The position numbers were made by a program, and so were the translations under genes. Positions 31,199 to 41,333 of a DNA stretch of 42,765 nucleotides are shown here, piece by piece. Every line of letters begins with the position of its first letter. Within the stretch, counting starts at the first letter, position 1. Below the pieces are notes generated by a model. The model saw only the letters and a list, made by a program, of their open reading frames with translations. It was not told where the DNA came from and did no database searches. The stretch comes from a virus: the IMG/VR virus record IMGVR_UViG_3300045988_159064, positions 1-42,765 of that record; one strand, written 5' to 3'.

Positions 31199-31636
31199 AT
31201 GAATGATTTAAGCACGATAGATTTACAGGGAGACAAAATCCCGATTTTATGCACTATGGAAGTCCTGGAAGATATCCAGAATGAGTTTGGAACAATCCCC
31301 GCATTTATTGAGAAATTGGCGCCGACAGTGAAGAATGAGGACGGCGAAACAAAGATAGATGAAAACGGTTACCCGGTTTTTTCCGGCGAGGTTCCTGACC
31401 TGCATACTCTGACATTTGCTCTGCCGAGACTGATTCAGAACGGAATTGAGGTCTACAACAGTCATCATAATATCAAGATACCATTTATGACAAAAACCGA
31501 GATTTGGCAGAAAAATGAGAACTCCGTGTTCTCTACGGCATCAACAATCTATGTTGAGGTGATGAGGTCTATCCACGCCCCAAAACCGCAGCCGTCCACC
31601 GGAACGACCAATCAGGCGGCGGTGAAGAGCAAATAA
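31199..31636 (+). CDS. Tail assembly chaperone, short form (gpG-like)
   Basis: GAGG RBS before the ATG at 31199. Position before the tape measure. Confidence 0.7.
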   Translation: MNDLSTIDLQGDKIPILCTMEVLEDIQNEFGTIPAFIEKLAPTVKNEDGETKIDENGYPVFSGEVPDLHTLTFALPRLIQNGIEVYNSHHNIKIPFMTKTEIWQKNENSVFSTASTIYVEVMRSIHAPKPQPSTGTTNQAAVKSK

Positions 31637-31857
31637 ACTTTGAGGCCTGCTATTTATGGGCTATGAAGATGGGACTTTCATCCGATGAAGCGAAAAAGCT
31701 AACGCTTGGCCGGTGGACGGATTTATTTGAAGAATATAAGAAAATTCATAACATCATTGTCACAGGAACGACCTTTTCACAACCAAAGGAAGAGGCGGAC
31801 AGCGTGGAGGCGTTTTTCGCCGATATGCGATTTGACGGTGAGGATTATGTGGAGTAA
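31199..31857 (+). CDS. Tail assembly chaperone, long form (gpGT-like) via a -1 programmed frameshift at 31579-31585
   Basis: The -1 frame is open from 31558 to 31857. The heptamer C CCA AAA is in the correct zero-frame register. Confidence 0.5.
31579..31585 (+). other. -1 slippery heptamer CCCAAAA
   Basis: X XXY YYZ in register with the 31199 frame (gcC CCA AAA). Confidence 0.55.
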
Positions 31858-31871
31858 CTGGAGGTGAGATA

Positions 31872-34800
31872 ATGGCAGGAAGGCGACAAATTGGAGCCAT
31901 CATAAAATTGGACGGCGAGCAGCAATTCAAAGCATCAATTACAAGCTGCAAAACATCAATTTCGTCATTGAAGTCAAGTCTGAAGCAGATTCAGGCATCA
32001 TACAGCGGCAATGCGAACAGCCTGGAGGCCCTTTCAGCGGTGCAGAATCAATACATGCAGATTCAGAAAAAAGCCCGCGAGTCAATAGAAAAAACGCAAA
32101 ATGCCTATCAAAAATCTAAAGAAAAACAGGACGACGTAAAGAAAAGTATGCAGTCTATGAAGGACGCATACGAGGCAGCAGAAAAGAAGCTGAAAGAAAT
32201 GAAAAATTCTGGCGAAGCGTCAGCCGATGCGATAGAGGAGCAGTCAAAAGCGACCGAGGAGGCATATACCGCATACCAGAACTATTCTGAAGCGGTTGAA
32301 AAGTGTGAAGCCCGGACAAACCGCTTTCAGAAGGCGATTACGGACGCAAAAACCGAGGAAATTAATGCCTCAAACGCTGTAAGGCAGTATGCCGAGTACA
32401 TAGAGGAAGCGAGACAGAGCGCTGACGGTACAGCGTCCAGCCTGGACGAATACGGGAAAGCAGTTAAAGAAGCGGGGGAAAGCGCATCCGATGCAGGCGG
32501 AAAACTTGGCATCTTTTCAGGTATGCTGAGTGCAAACCTGGCAACAGCAGGGCTGCAGAAGGCGTGCGATTTACTAAAAGCAGGCGCGTCCTATGCGGTT
32601 GATGTGGGAAGTAATTTTGAGGCCGCAATGAGTCAGGTACAAGCAATTTCAGGCGCTACTGGGGCGGATTTAGAGGCGCTGACGGCTAAGGCAAGCCAGC
32701 TTGGCCGAGATACTATCTATTCGGCCACCGATGCCGGAAACGCCCTGTATTACATGAGCCTTGCAGGGTGGGACACAAAACAGATGCTGGATTCAATAGA
32801 CGGGGTACTTAATTTGGCCGCTGCTTCTAATATGGATTTGGCGAATGCGTCAGACATTGTAACGGACGAAATAACAGCCTTTGGTCTTAAAGCGAGCGAT
32901 GCAGCACATTTTGTTGACGTTATGGCATATGCTCAGGCAAACTCTAACACGACAACCGAGGCGCTCGGTGAGGCATATAAGGAAGTTGCCTCTACGGCTG
33001 GAAAATTTAATATATCTGTTGAAGATACTACGTCAGTTCTGATGACAATGGCCAATGCCGGAGTAAAGGGAAGTACCGCCGGAAACGCCCTAAACACCGT
33101 CCTCACACGATTGATGACAAATACCAAAGATTGCGCGACAGAGCTGAAAAAGTACGGCGTTTCTATCTATGATTCAAACGGTCAGATGAGGAGCATGAGC
33201 TCTATTCTGGAGGGCATCACAAACGCCTTTTCCGGTCTCAATCAGGAGGAACAGGCAAACCTGGCAAAAGTTATTGCCGGGCAAAACCAGTACACGGCGT
33301 TCTTAACAATTCTTTCAGGTCTAAGCGATGAGGCCAAAAAGGGCGGGCAGAGTTTCGGGGACTATACAGCGCAGCTGGAGAAATGCGACGGAACCGCCGC
33401 AAAAATGAGCGCCACAATACAGGATAATTTAAATGGCAAAATGAAGGAGTTATCAAGTGCCGCCGAGGGATTCGGCAACGCAGTCTATAACTACGTAAGA
33501 GGGCCGCTTTCAGACCTGGCAGAGGGAGCCGCAGATGTCATCAATGCGGTAACAGACGAACTGCAGCCGGCGACAACCGAGATTGACGGCTTTGTTGAGT
33601 CTGTAAAGGCTGCTGCCGATGAGGTGCAAAACACCCTGAATAATGCCGATATGAGTTATACGAACAGCGCCGCAGACGCATCAAAGATTGAAGCGTATAT
33701 GCAGGTTATAGAGGAGGCAAGAAGTAAGACAAGCCTGACCTCATACGAGACGTATCAATTGAACAACGCCGTAAAAGAGTTAAGCTCTAACGTGCCCGAA
33801 CTGAATGATTATATTGATGATACGAGTAAAATCTTGCAGATGAATTCTGAAGATTTCTTCAACCTCAAAACGACAATCAGGCAATCATACCGGGACACTA
33901 TGGCCGATGCAGTAATTGCCAAAAGGCAGGCCTATATGCTGGCAAAAGCGGACGCCGAGGTCAACAAAAAGGCGGCGAGCGATGCGATGGACGAGGCTGC
34001 AGCCCGCATAGACGAGCAAAAACAGACAATTGAGAGGATGGAAGCTTTTTATAAAAGAACCTCTCACACGCTGGCCGAGGACGTAGAGCATCAAGCATAT
34101 AAAAGAAAAGAGCTGGAAACCCTGCAGGCGCTGCAAGATGCATATGACGACAGTGTGGACTCATACGGAAAGATGAGTGACGCACAGAAAAAAACGGACA
34201 GGGCTTTACAGGATTTTGAAGAGCATGTTGAAGAATGGCAAGGCTCTTACGGAATCATTATAGATAAAAACGGAGAGTGGACGACCGCGAGCGAGAAACT
34301 GGCTAAAGCCACAGACGCGCAAGCAGCCGCTGCCGATAATGCAGCCGATGCGGCGGATGATGTACAGGATGCGGTCGGTGAGGCCGTCACGGCTTATGTA
34401 CAAAAGACAGAAGAAATTAAAAACGCCGGGCTGGCTGAAACTGTCAGAAACCAGCTGGCAGCAGCAGGCGAAGAGGTTTTTAATTTTAGAGAAAGCATTA
34501 AGAGTAATCTCTCTTCAATTTCTCTTTTCGGTGACCGGTCAAGCATGGTTGAGGCATACACCTCAACGAACCGCGATGAAATGAGGCGTAATATGTCATG
34601 GAATTTATATGCTATGAAAACATATACCGAAGAGCTGGATAACCTAAAAAAGAGGGGCGTCTCTAATGACTTCGTGGACTACTTAGTTAGCCAGGGTGAC
34701 GCCGGCATGAATTATGTACACTCTCTGTCTATGGCTACGGATGAGGAATTGAAGAAATTTCAGGCGGCGTTTTTGGAGTATCAGAGGTACAGAAACGGAA

Positions 34801-35246
34801 CAAAAGAAAACGTAAAAGCATTGATGGAGGATTACACACAGACGGTTCTGGACGGTATACCGGAAGGCAAGAGAATGTGGGAAAAATATGGAGCTGGTAC
34901 AATGCAGGGATTTTTCGATAAAGTTAACGAGGCCGCAGATGCTATCAGAAGCGGAGCGATTACAGGAACAATCAATGATGCGATGCAAGTTGTGTTACAG
35001 CAAAGCTTGAACAGTTACACGGCGGCTGTAAACACGCAGACGCAAAACAATTTGCCTAATATTGCCGCGCGTAATACACAGACACAGACAACCGCACCGG
35101 AGCCTACAACGCGAAGCAATGTTGCTTTGCCGAACCTTCATACTCACGACACCATATCAATTGACCTGAATATTGACGGGGAAAAGATGGCGAACCGGAC
35201 CGTGCAGGTTATACGTAACCGCGGAAAGATTACAGGCAGGAGGTGA
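31872..35246 (+). CDS. Tail tape measure protein
   Basis: 1124 aa, alpha-helical and Ala/Glu/Lys-rich. Core motif AMSQVQAISGATGADLEAL...DAGNALYYMSLAGW. Confidence 0.92.
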   Translation: MAGRRQIGAIIKLDGEQQFKASITSCKTSISSLKSSLKQIQASYSGNANSLEALSAVQNQYMQIQKKARESIEKTQNAYQKSKEKQDDVKKSMQSMKDAYEAAEKKLKEMKNSGEASADAIEEQSKATEEAYTAYQNYSEAVEKCEARTNRFQKAITDAKTEEINASNAVRQYAEYIEEARQSADGTASSLDEYGKAVKEAGESASDAGGKLGIFSGMLSANLATAGLQKACDLLKAGASYAVDVGSNFEAAMSQVQAISGATGADLEALTAKASQLGRDTIYSATDAGNALYYMSLAGWDTKQMLDSIDGVLNLAAASNMDLANASDIVTDEITAFGLKASDAAHFVDVMAYAQANSNTTTEALGEAYKEVASTAGKFNISVEDTTSVLMTMANAGVKGSTAGNALNTVLTRLMTNTKDCATELKKYGVSIYDSNGQMRSMSSILEGITNAFSGLNQEEQANLAKVIAGQNQYTAFLTILSGLSDEAKKGGQSFGDYTAQLEKCDGTAAKMSATIQDNLNGKMKELSSAAEGFGNAVYNYVRGPLSDLAEGAADVINAVTDELQPATTEIDGFVESVKAAADEVQNTLNNADMSYTNSAADASKIEAYMQVIEEARSKTSLTSYETYQLNNAVKELSSNVPELNDYIDDTSKILQMNSEDFFNLKTTIRQSYRDTMADAVIAKRQAYMLAKADAEVNKKAASDAMDEAAARIDEQKQTIERMEAFYKRTSHTLAEDVEHQAYKRKELETLQALQDAYDDSVDSYGKMSDAQKKTDRALQDFEEHVEEWQGSYGIIIDKNGEWTTASEKLAKATDAQAAAADNAADAADDVQDAVGEAVTAYVQKTEEIKNAGLAETVRNQLAAAGEEVFNFRESIKSNLSSISLFGDRSSMVEAYTSTNRDEMRRNMSWNLYAMKTYTEELDNLKKRGVSNDFVDYLVSQGDAGMNYVHSLSMATDEELKKFQAAFLEYQRYRNGTKENVKALMEDYTQTVLDGIPEGKRMWEKYGAGTMQGFFDKVNEAADAIRSGAITGTINDAMQVVLQQSLNSYTAAVNTQTQNNLPNIAARNTQTQTTAPEPTTRSNVALPNLHTHDTISIDLNIDGEKMANRTVQVIRNRGKITGRR

Positions 35247-35251
35247 TTCCT

Positions 35252-35701
35252 ATGGCATACGAAGGATGGTTAATCAAAATCGGAACTTGGCCGGTTCCTC
35301 ATAAATACATCAAGCCCGAGACGTACAAGGTAACGCCCGGGAAAACAAAACTGTATGAGTGGACAGACTACGACGGCGGGCGTCATGTTGTATACAATCT
35401 GCAATCTCAGACAAAGATTTCTTTTGACACAAGGGAAAGTAAGCGGTTGAGCAATGTGGATGTGGCGATGTTTCACGAGGCTCTTGAAGCCGCCCGGTGT
35501 AGTAATGTTGCGCCGGGTCTCAATGCGGACACTTACCGGATTCAGTATTATAACCCAATGACTGACGCATACGAGGATAAAACTTTTACTATGGATGACA
35601 TTGATTTTGTGATTGAGAGAGTAACAAGGGAAGAACCGAAGTTAGTCATATACAACCCGATTACATTTTCATTCACGGAGGCGAAAGATTTAGACCTATG
35701 A
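35252..35701 (+). CDS. Distal tail protein (Dit-like), short
   Basis: AGGAGG 8 nt before the ATG at 35252. Position after the tape measure. Confidence 0.5.
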   Translation: MAYEGWLIKIGTWPVPHKYIKPETYKVTPGKTKLYEWTDYDGGRHVVYNLQSQTKISFDTRESKRLSNVDVAMFHEALEAARCSNVAPGLNADTYRIQYYNPMTDAYEDKTFTMDDIDFVIERVTREEPKLVIYNPITFSFTEAKDLDL

Positions 35702-37164
35702 GTTATTACGAATATTACCCGATTAAACATTACCGAAACGAGCACTTTTCACCGGATTACATACGAGATAATCCGGTGCTCATCAATATCATTTCGCCCG
35801 ATAATAAATTTGAGCCGCTGTCAATCTACACTATCAAGCAGGGCTCTATAAAATTAAAGCAGACTCTATGCAGCGAATCTTACTTTTTATGGGGCGGCAT
35901 GAATGCCTCTAAATTAGAGTTTGAATGCTGCACGAAAGATATGGTGGATAAATCTCCTGACGGCCTCATACAGTTACGGATAACCCCGACAAGATACGAA
36001 AAAGGAAAGCTAAAAGAAGTCCTGACGGATGAGGCGGTCAATCTTTTTACCGGCTATATAGAGGGCGCTGAAAAGACGAAACTGCCGGGGATGTGGAAGA
36101 TTACAGCCTATGACAGGCTTTACAGAATGCGAAATGTAAAGTGTGCTTCCTGGCTGAATTCATACGTAAAAACGCTGATAAGCGGCGGCCAGCACGCGTC
36201 CTGGAATGATATCTGTTCTTTTGTAGAGACGCAGCTTGGCTTTGGAACGTGTATTCACCCGGATTGGATGAGTGAGATATATTTCCCCGATAATACCGAC
36301 ATTGTAGAACAAAACGGCGTTGATTTATTGAAACAATTCGCCTTTTTTATGCAGTCTTTCGGTATGGTAGACGGTGACGGTCATCTGCAATACGTACAGG
36401 TTCAGGACAGTAATAATTTCGGCGAAAGCTATTATGCAATATGTGAATTTGACCCGGAAAATCTGTCATATGAAAGCGGGCATATCTGGCTGCCGAAGCT
36501 CTTTACATCAGAACCGAGAACGAACATTTTCTATACTACGGGCGAGACAACGCCCGATGCGGATTACTACAATAATATCTATACCGTAAAGAACAGCGCC
36601 CTTTTGGGTAATGAGGACTGGATTGAGCAGATGTATGAGTGTGACGCATATGGCGCTCCGAGCAGTAAATATAACGCGGCGAATATGCCGAAAGGCCTCT
36701 TTGATACGAAAAGACTTTGTCTTACTAACGGGGAGGAGTTTTCACAGCAGCAGTACAGCATAAAATGCCTTGGCGACCCGACGATTGAGATGGGTTCTGT
36801 GCTCTTTATAGACCAGATGGGGCGAGACGACGCGGGCAATATGACCGGGTGGGAGCAATTAGTGAGGTCTTATATTATGGAGCGAACGGTTACCTTTATA
36901 AGCACTCAGTGTATTCAATGCGAATACAGCGCCAATAATGAACCCTACAACCCGGTTGTTTCAGAGAATGAATACGGGGTGCAGAACGCGAACGCATTGG
37001 CCAATCTTGCTTATAAGAATTTGCCGTTTATAGTAGACGGCAGCAGCCTTACTAAACTGAAAGCCGTCAGGACGATTTCAGCCGACGATTACAAGAACCT
37101 CACGAGCGATGAAAAAAGGAGCGATACAATCTTTTATGTAAGAGGGGAGGTGAGCAGTTCATGA
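35698..37164 (+). CDS. Tail-associated / baseplate hub protein (Tal-like)
   Basis: 488 aa with an ATGA overlap. Position. Confidence 0.55.
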   Translation: MSYYEYYPIKHYRNEHFSPDYIRDNPVLINIISPDNKFEPLSIYTIKQGSIKLKQTLCSESYFLWGGMNASKLEFECCTKDMVDKSPDGLIQLRITPTRYEKGKLKEVLTDEAVNLFTGYIEGAEKTKLPGMWKITAYDRLYRMRNVKCASWLNSYVKTLISGGQHASWNDICSFVETQLGFGTCIHPDWMSEIYFPDNTDIVEQNGVDLLKQFAFFMQSFGMVDGDGHLQYVQVQDSNNFGESYYAICEFDPENLSYESGHIWLPKLFTSEPRTNIFYTTGETTPDADYYNNIYTVKNSALLGNEDWIEQMYECDAYGAPSSKYNAANMPKGLFDTKRLCLTNGEEFSQQQYSIKCLGDPTIEMGSVLFIDQMGRDDAGNMTGWEQLVRSYIMERTVTFISTQCIQCEYSANNEPYNPVVSENEYGVQNANALANLAYKNLPFIVDGSSLTKLKAVRTISADDYKNLTSDEKRSDTIFYVRGEVSSS

Positions 37165-38381
37165 AGTCATATACATACGAAATCAAGATAAACGACCAAA
37201 CAGTAGAACCAGCCGACGAGAGCGTCAATGAAATCTATGCCGGCAGCAAACTTATATGGAAGAGAAAAGATAAGCAAGAGCTTTTCGCCGATATTACCTT
37301 TGCCCGCTGTAAATTTACGCGGCGCGGGCTTATTGTCCCGGCATATCTAAGCGCGGCTGAAAAGGACATCTATGAAAAAACCGGCCAAAAAGTTTCGGAG
37401 TTTGATATAACTAACCTGCTCAGCGAGCACGAGACCGGTGGCTTTGTATACAGCGACACCCCCGCATATACGATATCATCTACAGAGGGCACGGTGTATG
37501 CGAGGGATTTGTACGATTTTCTCTATACAGCCGGAGCGGCTGAAAACGTTCTAACCCGAAGCGCGCTTAACATCACCGACACAAACAGCCAGTGGAACGG
37601 CTACTATAACAGTATTGCAGAATATTTAAGAGCGTACAAAACTACAATTGCCAGCCCCGGCGGCAGCGGTATTCTGCCTCTATCAAGACCACTTGGAGCC
37701 CCCGCCGGCGCCGAGAAATTCGGCCCTTTATGCTATGTAAAAGACGGCAAATTGGTCACAGATGCGGGCTATGTGGTGCTGTCAGTATGCGGCGACAGTC
37801 TGATATGCGCCGAAGATATTATCATGAGCAATAAGAACAGGCGGGCGTCTGGATATATCACTGAAAGAACACTGACCGGCGAGAAAGTGCGACAATTTTT
37901 CACCGCCCGCCAGCGTCTGCTATCATATCCAGACTATCCAGGCGGGTCAGTATCAGGCAGCGAGAACCCGAGACACTACTACAAAGCCGGAAACGCGCTC
38001 TTTTATTATGCGCTACGAAGCGGGGTTTCACGCCTGAACGCGCTGAACCTGGACAGCAACATCTCTGCTGAATGCGGAATATCAACGGAACCTGAATGCG
38101 TTTTCTATTATAACGGCAAGTATTATGCGGTATGCGGCTCTGCTATCTATTACAGCGCCGACCCGATGCTGCCGGCAGACAGCGCCAAGATAGAGCTGCC
38201 GACGGACGAATATGGCAGCTACAACATCAATTATGTATCAGCCGGCGGCTACTATGTAGACCAGGAAAGCGGCATATTATATACGATTATAGAGAGCGTT
38301 AATTCATTTCCAACCAGAGAGGGTGGAAAGGCGAAAAATTACAAGTTAATCACAATTAACTTAAACAACACGGAGGCTTAG
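37161..38381 (+). CDS. Tail/baseplate structural protein, function unknown
   Basis: 406 aa with an ATGA overlap. Confidence 0.6.
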   Translation: MKSYTYEIKINDQTVEPADESVNEIYAGSKLIWKRKDKQELFADITFARCKFTRRGLIVPAYLSAAEKDIYEKTGQKVSEFDITNLLSEHETGGFVYSDTPAYTISSTEGTVYARDLYDFLYTAGAAENVLTRSALNITDTNSQWNGYYNSIAEYLRAYKTTIASPGGSGILPLSRPLGAPAGAEKFGPLCYVKDGKLVTDAGYVVLSVCGDSLICAEDIIMSNKNRRASGYITERTLTGEKVRQFFTARQRLLSYPDYPGGSVSGSENPRHYYKAGNALFYYALRSGVSRLNALNLDSNISAECGISTEPECVFYYNGKYYAVCGSAIYYSADPMLPADSAKIELPTDEYGSYNINYVSAGGYYVDQESGILYTIIESVNSFPTREGGKAKNYKLITINLNNTEA

Positions 38382-38382
38382 A

Positions 38383-38712
38383 ATGGAAGCACTGAAAATC
38401 ATACTGACCGCGGCGGCAATCCCGTCTGCCGTTGTCGCGTTCTGTTTCTGGCTGTTACAGCGTAGAATCACCAAAAATGAGGAGAGAGCCGAGGAAAAGG
38501 CCAAGCAGCAGGAGCGGCTACAGATAATCATCCTTGACAGTGTAAACGGCTCAATCAGGCTGTCAGAGGCGACCGCCCGAGCGGTGCAACGCATCCCAAA
38601 TGCACGCTGTAATGGCGATATGCATGCGGCATTAGATGACATAGAGCGAACCCGGCAGCGGCAGCAGCGGCTAATTACAGAGGCAGGTATACACGATATC
38701 CTACATGAATAA
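38383..38712 (+). CDS. Membrane-anchored coiled-coil protein (109 aa)
   Basis: GGAGG RBS. N-terminal TM AAAIPSAVVAFCFWLL followed by a charged helix. Confidence 0.6.
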   Translation: MEALKIILTAAAIPSAVVAFCFWLLQRRITKNEERAEEKAKQQERLQIIILDSVNGSIRLSEATARAVQRIPNARCNGDMHAALDDIERTRQRQQRLITEAGIHDILHE

Positions 38713-38796
38713 CTAAGCCCGGCCGGCTCTACGTCAGCCGGGCTCTTAAAAAACACACGAAAAAAGCATACTAAAATAAAAACAGGAGGTGTTGAT

Positions 38797-39414
38797 ATGA
38801 CACCACAAACAGGAAGAATGGTTAAAGAAGACGGAACAACGGCGAACATTGCCGACCTCATAGGCGGAACAGATACCGGCGAGAGGGTCAATATTGATAT
38901 GATGGCGCCGAAAAGCGGCCGTTTTGTTAAGGAAGACGGCAGCGTCGTAAATATTGCCGATGTTATAGAGGAATTTCTGGCAGGCCTGGCAGGCGGCGGT
39001 TCAGGTTCTGGTGGAAGCGTATCCCTTAAAGCGCTCACGATTACCGTTGACGGCAAGGCGTATACATACGACGGAAAGACCGCAATATCTATACCAATCA
39101 CAACCGGAGGCGGCGGCGCTGCAGCCGGTCAGCCGTTACAAATCACAATTGGAGAGACAACATACACATATACCGGCGCGGAGCCGGTCACATTAGAGAT
39201 TCCGGCAGCAGCAGAGCTGCAGGCGCTCTCTATTAAAGCGGGCGGCAAAACGTACAGCTATGACGGAAAGAGCCCGGTTTCTATTGAGATTCCGGACGCA
39301 ACCCCGGCGGCAAATAAAGCTCTTAATATTAATCTCGGCGGGCAGTCTTACTCATACGACGGCAGCGCACAGGTTGATATCTCTATACCGGCAGCAGAGG
39401 GGGTGACGTTCTAA
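38797..39414 (+). CDS. Repeat-containing tail fibre-like protein
   Basis: Two GR(M/F)VKEDG..(A/V)NIAD(L/V)I repeats, a Gly-rich linker, then four (T/S)Y(T/S)Y(D/T)G...(I/L)(S/E)IP repeats. Confidence 0.7.
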   Translation: MTPQTGRMVKEDGTTANIADLIGGTDTGERVNIDMMAPKSGRFVKEDGSVVNIADVIEEFLAGLAGGGSGSGGSVSLKALTITVDGKAYTYDGKTAISIPITTGGGGAAAGQPLQITIGETTYTYTGAEPVTLEIPAAAELQALSIKAGGKTYSYDGKSPVSIEIPDATPAANKALNINLGGQSYSYDGSAQVDISIPAAEGVTF

Positions 39415-40668
39415 ATGTACACAGTAAAAAATGAGTCTCTTACGAGCATTGCCGATTCTATAAGAAAAAAGGCAAAAAAGACAGAAAAATTAAGCTTTCC
39501 CGCCGGCTTTGTGTCAGCGATTGACGGCATAGAGACGGGAGGAGACGGCGCCCCGGTAGTAGTTGAGGAGCCGGAAGAAAAAGACGTTAATTTTTACGAC
39601 TACGACGGCCGCCGATTGTTTAGTTATACGGCAGAGGAGGCGGCGGCGCTGACAGAGCTGCCGACGCCGCCGGCGAGAGATGGGCTGGTGTTTCAGGAAT
39701 GGAACTGGACGCTTGCAGAGGTAAAGAAAGCGAAAGCGGCCGATATTGGGGCGAATTATACAACGGCCGACGGAAAAACCCGCCTCTATATAAAGGTAGA
39801 CAATCAGGCGCGAAGAGACATGACCCTGAATCTATATCAGAACAGCGCGGGCGATATCAGCGTGGACTGGGGAGACGGCAGCGCGGCGGAGACATCCGAC
39901 ACGGTGGGAGATATCAGCCTGCCGCACACATACGAGAGCGCCGGCGAGTACACAATCACCCTCACTGTAAAAACGGGTGCAAAAGCCGGCTTAGGGCATT
40001 TCTCATCACCATACAAGCAAGTGTTCACCGGCAGCGGAACTAACCCGGACAGCGACACATTCAACAGCAATGTTCATACAAACGCTCTTATAAGAGCGGA
40101 GATTGGAAATGATATTGCGGATATAGAAAGTGAGGCGTTTTATGGTTGCGAAAACCTTGAAAGCGTCAACATCCCGACGTCTATAACATACATCAAGGGT
40201 GATGCGTTTTTGGACTGCCGAAAGCTGCAGTGGATATCTAACAAGCACGTATTGATGATGTACAGCTTTGCATTGACAGAGAACGGTTTACAGCGGGCGA
40301 CGTTTGGGGGCGGTGGTTATGCATACGGTTCATCTTCTGCATTTCAGAAAGATAAAAACCTGAAGCGCGCCGTATTACCGACTCATTACAGTATGATATT
40401 GTCCAGCGATTACAACGGATGCACTGCCCTGGTAGAGGTAATTTGCAACAGCAACATTAAAAAGATTGGCTCTATGGCGTTTTTTGGCTGTTACTCACTG
40501 AAAAAGCTAGACCTGACAAAGAACACCGAGATTGCAACCCTGGAATCATACAACGCATTTCAGAAAACCGCGGCAGACCTGGAAATCCTGGTACCTGCAT
40601 CATTGGCGGAGGAATGGAAAAAAGCCACGAACTGGACAACATATGCAGACAATATAAAAGGGATATAA
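39415..40668 (+). CDS. Receptor-binding protein candidate: PKD-like domain plus BspA-type leucine-rich repeats
   Basis: ISVDWGDGS...HTYESAGEYTITLTV (PKD signature). IESEAFYGCENLESVNIPTSITYIKGDAFLDCRKLQ and IGSMAFFGCYSLKKLDL (LRR). Confidence 0.8.
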   Translation: MYTVKNESLTSIADSIRKKAKKTEKLSFPAGFVSAIDGIETGGDGAPVVVEEPEEKDVNFYDYDGRRLFSYTAEEAAALTELPTPPARDGLVFQEWNWTLAEVKKAKAADIGANYTTADGKTRLYIKVDNQARRDMTLNLYQNSAGDISVDWGDGSAAETSDTVGDISLPHTYESAGEYTITLTVKTGAKAGLGHFSSPYKQVFTGSGTNPDSDTFNSNVHTNALIRAEIGNDIADIESEAFYGCENLESVNIPTSITYIKGDAFLDCRKLQWISNKHVLMMYSFALTENGLQRATFGGGGYAYGSSSAFQKDKNLKRAVLPTHYSMILSSDYNGCTALVEVICNSNIKKIGSMAFFGCYSLKKLDLTKNTEIATLESYNAFQKTAADLEILVPASLAEEWKKATNWTTYADNIKGI

Positions 40669-40682
40669 GGAGGTCTACAACC

Positions 40683-40955
40683 ATGATTATTTCAGAGACA
40701 GTAACATTAAACGACAAAAATTATACCAAAACATATTCAGATGCCGGCTATTACATAGAACGAAACGGCATCAATTATGCCGAGGCGATTGACATGTTAG
40801 GCAGCGGCAAAGAATACACCGAGACCTCAATCCTCATTGAGACCGAGTCAGCTACTACCGAGGAGCAGCTGAGACAGGTTACAGAGAAAACGGCCAAAAA
40901 TTCAGCTGATATTGAATACTTGGCGATGATGACCAATACAGACCTGGAGGTGTGA
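40683..40955 (+). CDS. Hypothetical protein (90 aa)
   Basis: AAGGAGG RBS before the ATG at 40683. Confidence 0.6.
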   Translation: MIISETVTLNDKNYTKTYSDAGYYIERNGINYAEAIDMLGSGKEYTETSILIETESATTEEQLRQVTEKTAKNSADIEYLAMMTNTDLEV

Positions 40956-40959
40956 TTAA

Positions 40960-41100
40960 ATGAGTAAAAATTATGCAAAAGTAAAAGGCTTTTATGACCG
41001 CGGGCTCTGGAGCGAGGCGAGAGTAAAAAATGCGGTAAAAATGCGATGGATTACACCGGCAGAATACGAATTGATTACCGGTGAAAAATACGAAGAGTAA
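40960..41100 (+). CDS. XkdX-family small protein (46 aa)
   Basis: MSKNYAKVKGFYDRGLWSEARVKNAVKMRWITPAEYELITGEKYEE. Below the ORF-track cutoff. Typical position before the holin. Confidence 0.65.
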   Translation: MSKNYAKVKGFYDRGLWSEARVKNAVKMRWITPAEYELITGEKYEE

Positions 41101-41117
41101 ACAGGAGGTAGAGCACT

Positions 41118-41333
41118 ATGAAGAAAAGATGGAATTGGAAACAGTGGGGCAAAGCAGCCGGCGTTAGAGCCGTGAAAACGATGGCTCAGACCGCAATCGC
41201 ATTAATCCCGGCGAGCGTTATGATAAGTGCTGTTGACTGGAAAACGGTGCTTGGAACCGCGGCGCTGGCTGGTGTAGTATCTATTCTGACGAGCCTGGCC
41301 GGCATCCCGGAGGTGGATGAAAATGAAGATTGA
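41118..41333 (+). CDS. Holin
   Basis: 71 aa with an AGGAGG RBS. Two hydrophobic segments and an acidic C-terminus. Directly upstream of the endolysin. Confidence 0.8.
   Translation: MKKRWNWKQWGKAAGVRAVKTMAQTAIALIPASVMISAVDWKTVLGTAALAGVVSILTSLAGIPEVDENED

Noticed and set aside
38361-39101. 246-aa minus-strand ORF, plus other long antisense ORFs: 29760-30278, 29926-30369, 28394-28810, 13877-14269, 12739-13215, 8089-8433, 8189-8581, 3528-3914 and 24830-25195
   Set aside because: They are shadow ORFs opposite well-supported + strand genes. Their composition is Ser/Pro/Cys/Arg-rich and they have no RBS.
35243-40668. A Gin/Cin-type invertible tail-fibre segment controlled by the serine recombinase
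   Set aside because: All tail genes are co-directional. No opposite-strand alternative C-terminal exons were seen, and no inverted copies of the 14.5-kb site cluster were seen in the tail region.
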